A DNA stretch of 24,000 bases from Steroidobacteraceae bacterium (GCA_036273735.1 DASUHA010000033.1:23978-47977), one strand, 5' to 3'; positions 8,568-15,788 are shown, counted from the stretch's first letter. Notes: generated by a model from the letters alone, not told the origin. Program-made: numbers and translations.

Positions 8568-9595
8568 GACGGCATGTTCCGCACAACGAGAACCGTTGCG
8601 TCGTCATCGTCACGCGCGAGGGCAGCGAGCAGGCGCTGGGCGGCGACGGATGCGGTCTCGTGCGCGATCCAGGGAAAATCACTGAAGTCCCAGCGTGACC
8701 GGAGCCCGTCGGAGTGCATGACCAGGACGGTCCTGGGGCTGAAAGGATGTTCAGCGGTCGCAGGCGCCGGCGCTCTGAGCCCGACGACTCCGCGTCGGGG
8801 AACGAGAGCGAGCCGTTCCGGGCCTCCCCACACGCGCAGCTCGATATCGCCAACACTCGCCACGGTGAAAGTCTGGCGGCTGGCATCCAAGAGCACCAGC
8901 ATCATCACGACTCCGCGCGTCGCCTGGCAGGCTCGTCCCGCTCCGCGGAATAGCGCCTCGAGCGGTTGGTCATGATGCTGCTCGACATACTGGCGAGCAG
9001 CCTGCGCTGCACGCTGGGCGAACTGGCCGTGCCCCAGGCCGTCGATAACCCCTGCGAGCGCCTTGTCTCCCCATTTACAGATGACGAACGCGTCGCCATT
9101 TTCGTGCAGTTGACGGTAGGCGCGGCTCGCGACCCCAAAGTCCAGCTTTGGCGCGGCGCTCGAGGCTGCCCGCTGGCGCACCCAGCGCCGGCACACGATG
9201 TGCGCGCCCGCGCTGCCGCCCGGGGAGTATTCCAACTCGTCCATCAGCCGGTTGACGGCACCGAGTCCTGTGCCGAGGCTACGTAAGGTACTGAATCCGT
9301 CGGTCAGAGCGCGTTCGAAGTCTTCGAAGCCCGGTCCCGAGTCGGCCGACTCGATCTGGATGCCCTGGCGCGCCTCGCGCGAAGTAGGCTCGAGCGACAG
9401 GGTGCCGCCGCCGGCGTGTCGGATCAGGTTGGAGGCGAGCTCCGTCACGGCCAGCGCGACTTCTTCGCAATCGCCGGCCGAGAAACCTACGGATGCGCTC
9501 AGGCGCCGCGCCGCATCCTCCGCGATCCTGATATCGACAGGATCAGCAATGCGCATCGTGACCGGGCGCAGCGAGCTTGCACCCGGCTGACTCAC
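8564..9595 (-). CDS. Fusion protein: RsbW/RsbT-like GHKL Ser/Thr-kinase domain plus a PP2C (SpoIIE/RsbX-like) phosphatase domain
   Basis: The N-terminal half has an N-box (ELASNLIRHAGGG), G1 (DSGPGF) and G2 (GTGLGAVNRLMDE). The C-terminal half has PP2C motifs (GDAFVI...GVIDGLGHG...VGDIE...MHSDGL...DDATVLVV). The start is chosen as GTG 9595, which makes a GTGA overlap with the rsbT stop; ATG 9607 or ATG 9556 are alternatives. The ORF-track start 9817 would overlap rsbT by about 225 nt. Confidence 0.8.
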   Translation of the reverse strand: MSQPGASSLRPVTMRIADPVDIRIAEDAARRLSASVGFSAGDCEEVALAVTELASNLIRHAGGGTLSLEPTSREARQGIQIESADSGPGFEDFERALTDGFSTLRSLGTGLGAVNRLMDELEYSPGGSAGAHIVCRRWVRQRAASSAAPKLDFGVASRAYRQLHENGDAFVICKWGDKALAGVIDGLGHGQFAQRAAQAARQYVEQHHDQPLEALFRGAGRACQATRGVVMMLVLLDASRQTFTVASVGDIELRVWGGPERLALVPRRGVVGLRAPAPATAEHPFSPRTVLVMHSDGLRSRWDFSDFPWIAHETASVAAQRLLAALARDDDDATVLVVRNMPS

Positions 9596-10002
9596 GGTGG
9601 ACACCATTTGCGCGAAGTGACCGTCGTGCCCGCGCCCGGCGCCGTACGGATCTCCAACTCGTCCATCAGCCGGCGGGCAGCGGGCAGTCCCAGGCCGAGT
9701 CCCTTGCCGCTGGAGTAGCCTTGCTGCAGCGCGAGCTCCACGTCCGCGATGCCCGGGCCCTGGTCGATGAACTCGAGCTCGATGCCGCGCCGTCCGCCGC
9801 TCTCCAGGCGACGCCACCGCATTACACCGCCGCCCCCATACTTGTGCACGTTGCGCGCGAGTTCTGACGCCGCAGTGACGACGCGCGTCACATCGGTGAG
9901 GCCAAAGCCGAGCTCCATGACAGCTTCGCGTACCGAGCGCCTTGCTGCAACGATATCCCCCTCGCTGCGGATCGAGACCTCCCCCTGAGCAGTCCCGGTC
10001 AT
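9592..10002 (-). CDS. rsbT: RsbT-like stressosome serine/threonine kinase (anti-sigma regulatory factor type GHKL ATPase)
   Basis: 136 aa single-domain HATPase_c_2 with SELARNVHKYGGGG, IDQGPGI and GKGLGLGLPAARRLMDELEI. Its ATG overlaps the rsbS stop (ATGA). Confidence 0.85.
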   Translation of the reverse strand: MTGTAQGEVSIRSEGDIVAARRSVREAVMELGFGLTDVTRVVTAASELARNVHKYGGGGVMRWRRLESGGRRGIELEFIDQGPGIADVELALQQGYSSGKGLGLGLPAARRLMDELEIRTAPGAGTTVTSRKWCPP

Positions 10003-10379
10003 CGCCGTGAGCGGCCGGTAACCGGCCGATCCAGCAGATCCAACGCGCGCTCGACGGAGAGAGCCGTCTCGATGCCGCCGAGAGTGATCCCGATCTGGGT
10101 CGCGGTGACCGCGACGGACGGCCGCATCCCTACCACTACCGTCCGTCCGCCCATCAGTGCAACCATGCTTGCGGTCTCCGCGACGGTGCGGGCGAAAAAT
10201 GAATCCAGAGTCTCCACCGAGCCGATATCCAGCACCACGCCCTTGGCATCGACCCGCTGCATTGCCGCGAGCACCTCATCCTGGAGCGCGGAAACCGTGG
10301 CATCGTCGGGGTCCGAGGGCACCGTTACCATCAAAGTCTTGCGTACGATGATGATGGAGATCGAGTTGCGGTCGCTCAT
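9999..10379 (-). CDS. rsbS: RsbS-like single-STAS-domain stressosome scaffold protein
   Basis: Translation from ATG 10379 (RBS GAGG 8 nt upstream) gives 126 aa: MSDRNSISIIIVRKTLMVTVPSDPDDATVSALQDEVL...VVLDIGSVETLDSFFARTV...VVVGMRPSVAVT.... This aligns by eye with B. subtilis RsbS, including the phosphorylatable Ser in the DSF motif. Confidence 0.85.
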   Translation of the reverse strand: MSDRNSISIIIVRKTLMVTVPSDPDDATVSALQDEVLAAMQRVDAKGVVLDIGSVETLDSFFARTVAETASMVALMGGRTVVVGMRPSVAVTATQIGITLGGIETALSVERALDLLDRPVTGRSRR

Positions 10380-10413
10380 CGGCCGTACCTCGCAGAGGCT
10401 CTTTGGGGAAAGC

Positions 10414-11295
10414 TCAACCGCCCGCCGTCGCTCGAGGAGCGACACACAGCTCGAGCAGCTCAAATGCCGTGCGCAGCCCCGCGCTCAGCGAAGAGCGCGT
10501 CGAGACATTGGAGAGATCGATCCCCAGGTGCACGAGTGTCTGTGCGATCGATGGCCGTACGCCTGTGAGCACCACCTCCGAACCGAGCAGCCGTACTGCA
10601 GCGATGGTCTCGATGAGGTGTTGAGCGGTCTGAGTATCGATGGCCGGTACGCCGGTGATGTCGAGCAGCGCCACGGGCGAGGCCGTCTCCATCACCTTGT
10701 TGAGCAGCACGTCCATCAGCTGTTGAGTGCGCTGGCTGTTGAGCGTGCCGATGAGCGGTACGAGCAGGATTCCGGACCATACCTGCACCACCGGGACCGC
10801 GGCCATCTCGAGAATCTCCTGCGCCTGCCTGCGGATCTTCTCCTCGGACTCCCGGCGAGCCGTCAAGTCGCGGGTTACCTTACCGAAGCCCCGCAGCCTG
10901 CCTTCCGAGTCGCGCAGGGCCGTGATGATGACGTTGGCCCAGAACCGAGAGCCGTCCTTGCGGACCCGCCAACCCTCGTCCTCGAAGCGCCCCTCCTGCG
11001 AGGCCACTTTGAGCTCCATCTCGGTCTTGCCGTTCTGCAGGTCTTCCGGCGGATAGAAGCGCGAGAAGTGTTGGCCGACGATCTCATCGGCCTTCCAGCC
11101 CTTCAGGCGCTCGGCGGCCGCATTCCAGGAGAGTACGTGGCCACGCGGGTCCAGGGTGATGATCGCGTAGTCCTTGATGTTCTCGATGAGCAGGCGCACG
11201 AGCTCCTGCGTCTCCGGCGAGGTCTGGCTGGCCGCGGCCCCAGGGAGGCCGCCGGACCGAGGCTCGAACTGCGTTCCCATCAGAGTCACTCCCAT
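10414..11295 (-). CDS. rsbR: RsbR-like stressosome sensor: N-terminal PAS domain plus C-terminal STAS domain
   Basis: PAS region: LIENIKDYAIITLDPRGHVLSWNAAAERLKGWKADEIVGQHFSRFY...GWRVRKDGSRFWANVIITALRD. STAS region: PVVQVWSGILLVPLIGTLNSQRTQQLMDVLL...LLDITGVPAIDTQTAQHL...VVLTGVRPSIAQTLVHLGI. The second ATG at 11280 has a better RBS (GGGAG), so the true start may be 11280. Confidence 0.85.
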   Translation of the reverse strand: MGVTLMGTQFEPRSGGLPGAAASQTSPETQELVRLLIENIKDYAIITLDPRGHVLSWNAAAERLKGWKADEIVGQHFSRFYPPEDLQNGKTEMELKVASQEGRFEDEGWRVRKDGSRFWANVIITALRDSEGRLRGFGKVTRDLTARRESEEKIRRQAQEILEMAAVPVVQVWSGILLVPLIGTLNSQRTQQLMDVLLNKVMETASPVALLDITGVPAIDTQTAQHLIETIAAVRLLGSEVVLTGVRPSIAQTLVHLGIDLSNVSTRSSLSAGLRTAFELLELCVAPRATAGG

Positions 11296-11431
11296 ACGGC
11301 TCGGATGGAACCGAAACTTACCGCATTATTGCCGGCGATGTTGGACTTGGTTCAAACCTCGCCCGGCGCCAGCAAGAAATCCGCTCTCGCCGGGGGCGGT
11401 GGGTGCCGGGCTGAGGCGGGCACCGGCGGGG

Positions 11432-11932
11432 CTAGACCTCGCGTAGGGCGCGGGGCGGCAAGAGGGCTGTCAGGGTGCCCTGGCCGGCGCGCGGCGGCCC
11501 GTCGAAGCTCAGGCAGAGGACGGCGCCTTTCTTCAGCTCGAAACCCTCCGGCCGCGGATCGCCGCGCAGGCATAGCGCCAGCAGCTTGCCCAGCCCGGGC
11601 TGATGGCCGACTACCGCCACGCATTCGGCGCCGGCACCCTCGCGCCTCAGAGCCGCCAGCATTTCCTGCGGAGATTTCCCCGGCGCGAATGCATCACACT
11701 GCACCGCCTCCGGCCATCGTGCTGCTCGCGTGAGGATCACTGCTGTGTCCCGTGCGCGCACTAACGGGCTCGTCAGTACCAGAGCCGGGCGCCGAGCGAT
11801 GCGCTTCAGGCCCGCAGCGGCCCGCCGCGCCTTTTTGATTCCCTCCGCGGTCAATGGGCGTTCGTTGTCATCGGGCCAGCGCTTCGCGTCGCGCTCGAAG
11901 GCGATGGCGTGGCGCACGACGAGAAGCTGCAT
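11432..11932 (-). CDS. sixA: SixA-like phosphohistidine phosphatase (histidine phosphatase superfamily, branch 1)
   Basis: MQLLVVRHAIA (RHG/RHA catalytic motif)...RPLTAEGIKKAR...LTSPLVRARDTA...VVGHQPGLGKLL, about 166 aa, SixA-like in length and motif order. ATG 11932 is preceded by GGGAG. The ORF-track start 11938 is a TTG that overlaps the upstream stop. Confidence 0.78.
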   Translation of the reverse strand: MQLLVVRHAIAFERDAKRWPDDNERPLTAEGIKKARRAAAGLKRIARRPALVLTSPLVRARDTAVILTRAARWPEAVQCDAFAPGKSPQEMLAALRREGAGAECVAVVGHQPGLGKLLALCLRGDPRPEGFELKKGAVLCLSFDGPPRAGQGTLTALLPPRALREV

Positions 11933-11934
11933 GA

Positions 11935-13797
11935 TCAACTCCCGTCTGCATTTGCCGAGGCGGATCCGCCGCGGGCGCTCGCGAGTGGCCCCTCGCGCCT
12001 GATGTCGTTGGCGTAGCCGCGGCTCTGCGAGGTGCCATCGCGAAGCTCCTTCATCCGCGAGCGCAGAGTCTTCCAGCGCCTGCCGCGCACCCTGCGCCAG
12101 GACTTCCCGACTTTGTCGCCCATCCGGACGGCATTCCGCGAGTGAGGTTCCGCCAGCCTGCCGATGAGAAAGAGCGTCCGGGGCCCGAAGCCCGCCGGGG
12201 GGTGCTTTGCGAGTTGGGTGAGATATCGCGTGACGGCGTCGCCATCGTGTTGGATGCCGAGCCTGCTTTGCAGTTTGCGCAGCGCATCGAGCATTTCATG
12301 TGCGGGTTTCGCGTAGCTCGGAGCGACGACTTCGAGCGCGTAGCGCAGCTTCTTCGTGTGTATCCGGACCTTGTGGTATTCGCCGATCGGTGAGTCAGGC
12401 CTCACCTGGCGCGCGCGTTTGCGCAATTTCCGGTAGCGCCTGCGGATCAGATCGGGCACGACGGCTAACGCTGAGGCAGTGCGTGGTGATGCGACCTGTT
12501 GGGCGGCGGCTCGTGCAAGCTGGCCGGGCAGTGCGTCCAGCCACTGGCGCGCCGGCTTTGCATCCATGACTCGCAGCATGGTGGAGTGAGCTTCGCGCCT
12601 TTCGCGCTCGAGCTGGCGCAGTAATGGGTCGAGCGCGCGGCGGTCTCCCTCGGTGAGGCTGCTGCGGAATGCGCTTGCCACTGCGACGCGAATGTCCACG
12701 TCCCGCACAGCACCTGACGCCTCGAGCAGACTCCTGAGCCTTGGGCGGCTCTTGCGCAGGTCGGGCGGGAGGTAATCGCCAAAGAGACTGAGGACGGTAT
12801 CCATCCGGCGGCCGGTCACGCGTAGCGCATGCAGCGCCTCCGGACTCTCTCCGAGCCTCGCGCTGGGCTCATGGGCGTACCACTCATCGAGAAGGCGCCG
12901 GAGCGCTGCGATGGCAATTTCACCGGCGCCGGTCGAGGCGCCCATCGCGTCTGGCGCGGGTGCTATTTTCTCGTCAGGCTCCCGCCTCTGGGGCGGCTCG
13001 AGCGCCACCGAGCGCAGGCCAACGGCAAATTTGTTTTCCGTTGCGGGACGTAGTCCGCATTCGGTGCGCAGTCGACTCGCGAGCCGCTCCAGCGCGCGGT
13101 GGTCAGGACCGGTCGACTCGAGCTCCACGCGCTTGAGGCGTGTCGAGCCGCGGTGACTATCGCTGCGCGAAAATTGCGTCTCATCGAGGGCGATCTCGCC
13201 CAGTTCCTGCGAGCGATCACTGCTCCGCACTGCGAAGCGCTGGCGCGAGGTATGGACCTCAAAAAGCGTACGCAGCGGCTTTGCCCCCGTGACGTCGCGG
13301 ACGCGACTGCCGACGGGGCCTTCCGCCCGAGCCAAGGCTCTGATGCCGCGCTCGGGCAGTGACTCCGTGAGCTCCCGCCGGTCGGCAAGGTCGTCGCGGG
13401 CGGATCGCAGACCTTTCAAGGTAGTCTCCACCTTGCCCCCCCGCTCTCCGCGCAGGCGTAGTGCGAATCCCGCGCGGAAAACGCGCCAGTCGGGGGTGTC
13501 GAGGTATGTATCGCGAAGGTGCTGCGTCGGCAACTGCTCGATCCTCAACCCGTCCAGGGACGGGTGTCGCTCAAGCCAGCGGCGCACCGGACGTAGGTCC
13601 GTGGTGGCAAGCTGCCATTCGATCTCTCGCTCTTTGCCACGCTCCTCCCCGGCCTCGGCATCGAGGTCCGGCGCCGAGTCCGGCGCAGGGCCCAAGGCGG
13701 GTAGGGTAGGGGCGGGGGTGGGATTGGGCTTGGGCGGTGCCATGGAATGCTCGAGAATAAACCCAAATTGACGCTTGCTCGCCCGGTTCCGTATCAT
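11935..13797 (-). CDS. CYTH (triphosphate tunnel metalloenzyme-like) plus CHAD domain protein with a Pro-rich N-terminal extension
   Basis: CYTH-like N-terminal half (EREIEWQLATTD...LRDTYLDTPDWRVFRAGFALRLR...VETTLKG...). CHAD helices in the C-terminal half (EALHALRVTGRRMDTVLSLF..., YHKVRIHTKKLRYALEVVAP...LQSRLGIQHD). The start is uncertain (13797, or ATG 13743). Confidence 0.8.
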   Translation of the reverse strand: MIRNRASKRQFGFILEHSMAPPKPNPTPAPTLPALGPAPDSAPDLDAEAGEERGKEREIEWQLATTDLRPVRRWLERHPSLDGLRIEQLPTQHLRDTYLDTPDWRVFRAGFALRLRGERGGKVETTLKGLRSARDDLADRRELTESLPERGIRALARAEGPVGSRVRDVTGAKPLRTLFEVHTSRQRFAVRSSDRSQELGEIALDETQFSRSDSHRGSTRLKRVELESTGPDHRALERLASRLRTECGLRPATENKFAVGLRSVALEPPQRREPDEKIAPAPDAMGASTGAGEIAIAALRRLLDEWYAHEPSARLGESPEALHALRVTGRRMDTVLSLFGDYLPPDLRKSRPRLRSLLEASGAVRDVDIRVAVASAFRSSLTEGDRRALDPLLRQLERERREAHSTMLRVMDAKPARQWLDALPGQLARAAAQQVASPRTASALAVVPDLIRRRYRKLRKRARQVRPDSPIGEYHKVRIHTKKLRYALEVVAPSYAKPAHEMLDALRKLQSRLGIQHDGDAVTRYLTQLAKHPPAGFGPRTLFLIGRLAEPHSRNAVRMGDKVGKSWRRVRGRRWKTLRSRMKELRDGTSQSRGYANDIRREGPLASARGGSASANADGS

Positions 13798-13917
13798 GCG
13801 CGCCCCCGTGCGGCGGGTCTGGCAGGGCTCGGTTGCCGGTAACGTGGCACGCGTCCGACCGGCGCGGCATGATGCAGGCAGCGAGAGGACACCGAGCGAG
13901 TGGGCGATGCAGTCCGC

Positions 13918-13994
13918 GTGCCCGTAGCTCAGTTGGATAGAGCACCGGCCTTCTAAGCCGGTGGTCGCAGGTTCGAGTCCTGCCGGGCACGCCA
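13918..13994 (+). tRNA. tRNA-Arg (anticodon TCT), CCA encoded
   Basis: Acceptor GTGCCCG/CGGGCAC, D-arm GCTCAGTTGGATAGAGC, anticodon stem CCGGC/GCCGG with loop CT-TCT-AA, T-arm GCAGGTTCGAGTCCTGC, discriminator G plus CCA. Confidence 0.9.
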
Positions 13995-14109
13995 GCCGCC
14001 GAACGGAAACGGCAGGCCGATGTGCCCGGCTCGCCGAGAGCCTGCCGGCCGGTTCGGGGGCTTGCCTGGGCCCGCAAGGGCACGGGGAAGGGGAATGGAT
14101 GGCGACAAC

Positions 14110-14186
14110 GGTGGACGTAGCTCAGCTGGTAGAGTCCCGGGTTGTGATCCCGGTTGTCGCGGGTTCGAGTCCCGTCGTCCACCCCA
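14110..14186 (+). tRNA. tRNA-His (anticodon GTG) with a G(-1) residue, CCA encoded
   Basis: G(-1) followed by acceptor GTGGACG/CGTCCAC, with discriminator C able to pair with G-1 (a His identity element). Anticodon stem CCGGG/CCCGG with loop TT-GTG-AT, T-arm GCGGGTTCGAGTCCCGT. Confidence 0.9.
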
Positions 14187-14199
14187 CCATTTTATAAAT

Positions 14200-14275
14200 G
14201 GGCCGTTAGCTCAGCTGGTAGAGCAGGAGACTCTTAATCTCTTGGTCGTAGGTTCGATCCCTACACGGCCCACCA
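14200..14275 (+). tRNA. tRNA-Lys (anticodon CTT), CCA encoded
   Basis: Acceptor GGGCCGT/ACGGCCC, D-arm GCTCAGCTGGTAGAGC, anticodon stem GGAGA/TCTCT with loop CT-CTT-AA, T-arm GTAGGTTCGATCCCTAC. Closely parallels E. coli tRNA-Lys architecture. Confidence 0.9.
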
Positions 14276-14310
14276 GATTGATCGAAATATCAGCAGCTTG
14301 CCAGCGCGTA

Positions 14311-14558
14311 ATGGCTGTCCAGACCAAGGAATACCGGCGCAGCGGCGCTACCGTCAACCGCTACATCGCCGCCCGATCGCACCTGTTCTCGTTCGCGGTC
14401 AAGGAGCGCCGGTGATCGACCGCAACCCGGTTGGCGACATTCGCCGCAAGAAGGAATCAAGGGACCGGACGCGATTTCTTTCGGACGAGGAGCACGATGA
14501 GCTACTAGTTGCCTGCGCCAGGTCCGACTGGCCGCCGCATCACCCCCTGGTTCTGCTC
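14311..14558 (+). pseudogene. Tyrosine-recombinase (phage-type integrase) N-terminal fragment, frameshifted and 3' truncated
   Basis: Frame 1 reads ...YRRSGATVNRYIAARSHLFSFAVKERR(stop at 14413..14415). It continues in frame 3 as VIDRNPVGDIRRKKESRDRTRFLSDEEHDELLVACARSDWPPHHPLVLL, the typical SAM-like/core-binding region of integrases. The catalytic R..HxxR..Y domain is absent. It lies about 35 nt downstream of tRNA-Lys. Confidence 0.7.
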
Positions 14559-14818
14559 GTGCCGCTCCGGACCTTTGCCGATTGGAATGAGCCGCTTCCC
14601 GGCAGCATGGAGATGGATCTGGTGGCTCATTGTGGCGAGGTGACCGTGGCAGCTACGTTCACAGCTTGGTACTGACCGATATCGCCAGCGGGTGGACGGA
14701 AGCGGCGCCTCTTGTGGTCAGGGAAAGCGGTCTGGTGGTAGAGACACTCGAGCGCATCCGCACCGGCTTGCCCTTTGCCCTCCGAGCACTTGATGTGGAC
14801 AACGGCAGCGAATTTTAG
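14559..14818 (+). mobile_element. Internal fragment of a DDE (rve-type) transposase, frameshifted and truncated at both ends
   Basis: Frame 3 reads VPLRTFADWNEPLPGSMEMDLVAHCGE.... After a frameshift near 14640 it continues in frame 2 as ...GSYVHSLVLTDIASGWTEAAPLVVRESGLVVETLERIRTGLPFALRALDVDNGSEF(stop). The D...TD...D.DNGSEF pattern is the start of an integrase-core DDE domain. No terminal inverted repeats were recognised. Confidence 0.6.
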
Positions 14819-15008
14819 GGGGCCGCTCCCAGCCCCACTTCGACTGACGGCTCTTGGCCGTACCTGGCAATCAGGGCTGTCAATGGGCCCATGCCGACCC
14901 TGTGCCGTCGGCTGCTAATGACCGCTATTGGCGGTATGCAAAGCCTTTGAGTTCGGCCTCTACAAGAATTAGCATCACGCCAATAACAATCTTCAAAGGA
15001 CCTGCTTT

Positions 15009-15503
15009 GTGCGCTTAGTCATTCCCATTGCATCCTTTCTACTGCTGTCTGCTTGCGGCGCGCCGGTATATTTGCGGCCAAATGGCCCGAATCAAATCGC
15101 TTCCGCATCGGTGCAAGGCTCCAAAGCGCAGATTCTCGCAGCCGCTGTCAAAGCCCTCGTTCAGAACGGATACCAGATCACAACAGTCGATAATGCTTCG
15201 GGCCTCATATCGACAGCACCGCAACCGATACACGTTACGCATGAGCAAGCGGATTGCGGAAGGGTGAAGGGGCTGCTTGCGTCAGCTGACCCACTGACAT
15301 ACCCGCAGCCAAGGACTCGTGTTGCCTTGAACATGATTGTTGTGGACAACCACATCGAAGTGCGATCCAAGATAGATGAGCGTCTCGCTGATGAGTATGC
15401 GCATACACAGAGAGACCTAACGTGCGTCTCCCGGGGAGTTCTTGAGCAAGAAATGCTGAACGAAATCAAAGCCAGACTTTACAGATCGCCCGCACTGTAT
15501 TGA
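15009..15503 (+). CDS. Hypothetical lipoprotein in the lower-GC island
   Basis: 164 aa. The N-terminus (V)RLVIPIASFLLLSAC-G has a signal peptide with a lipobox L-S-A-C. GTG start. No family recognised. Codon usage and GC are visibly different from the flanks. Confidence 0.55.
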   Translation: MRLVIPIASFLLLSACGAPVYLRPNGPNQIASASVQGSKAQILAAAVKALVQNGYQITTVDNASGLISTAPQPIHVTHEQADCGRVKGLLASADPLTYPQPRTRVALNMIVVDNHIEVRSKIDERLADEYAHTQRDLTCVSRGVLEQEMLNEIKARLYRSPALY

Positions 15504-15788
15504 CGCCCGCTGAAAGCGAACTCCAAGTGTCTGCCGCCGTGGACACTGAGGATCAATATGCTTCTGCGCACCACCGGCAGCTCCTATCGTCCCAAGCAGT
15601 ATCATGCCCGCAACTTCATCGCGCGTCGGGCTATCCGCTGCACCGTAAAACAGCGCAAATAGCCCACGACCGGTTTCGGGAAGTCCAGCACCTTGCCGGT
15701 GTGGCCGATCGGATAGAACGGCGAGGAATCACAGTCAATCAGTCAGACAAGAGAAGAACTAATCAGTTTATCCGACCACGTTGACGTC

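Noticed and set aside
9596-9817. Upstream extension of the kinase-PP2C ORF overlapping rsbT by about 225 nt
   Set aside because: The extension is Arg/Gly/Pro-rich with no homology-like features, and it overlaps the well-supported rsbT frame. A GTG at 9595 gives the same GTGA coupling seen at the next gene junction.
10072-11733. 553-aa plus-strand ORF antisense to rsbS, rsbR and sixA
   Set aside because: It has a shadow-ORF composition rich in Arg, Ala and Pro. It spans an intergenic region and three well-supported minus-strand genes, and no domain is recognisable.
14010-14047. 8-bp inverted repeat CGGCAGGC...GCCTGCCG in the tRNA-Arg/tRNA-His spacer
   Set aside because: This is probably just a pre-tRNA processing or spacer hairpin. 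The loop is long (22 nt), there is no T-tract, and there is no evidence for a separate function.
13571-14415. ORFs 13571..14182 (-), 13961..14197 (+) and the 5' part of 14020..14415 (+), which run across the tRNA cluster
   Set aside because: They are composed of tRNA gene sequence and spacers (peptides such as AQLVEQETLNLLVVGSIPTRPT are translated tRNA). They are not coding.
15500-15784. 94-aa plus-strand ORF and short minus-strand frames between the lipoprotein gene and the Sel1-like ORF
   Set aside because: There is no RBS and no recognisable motifs. The composition is atypical, and the region is best treated as noncoding or decayed island DNA.
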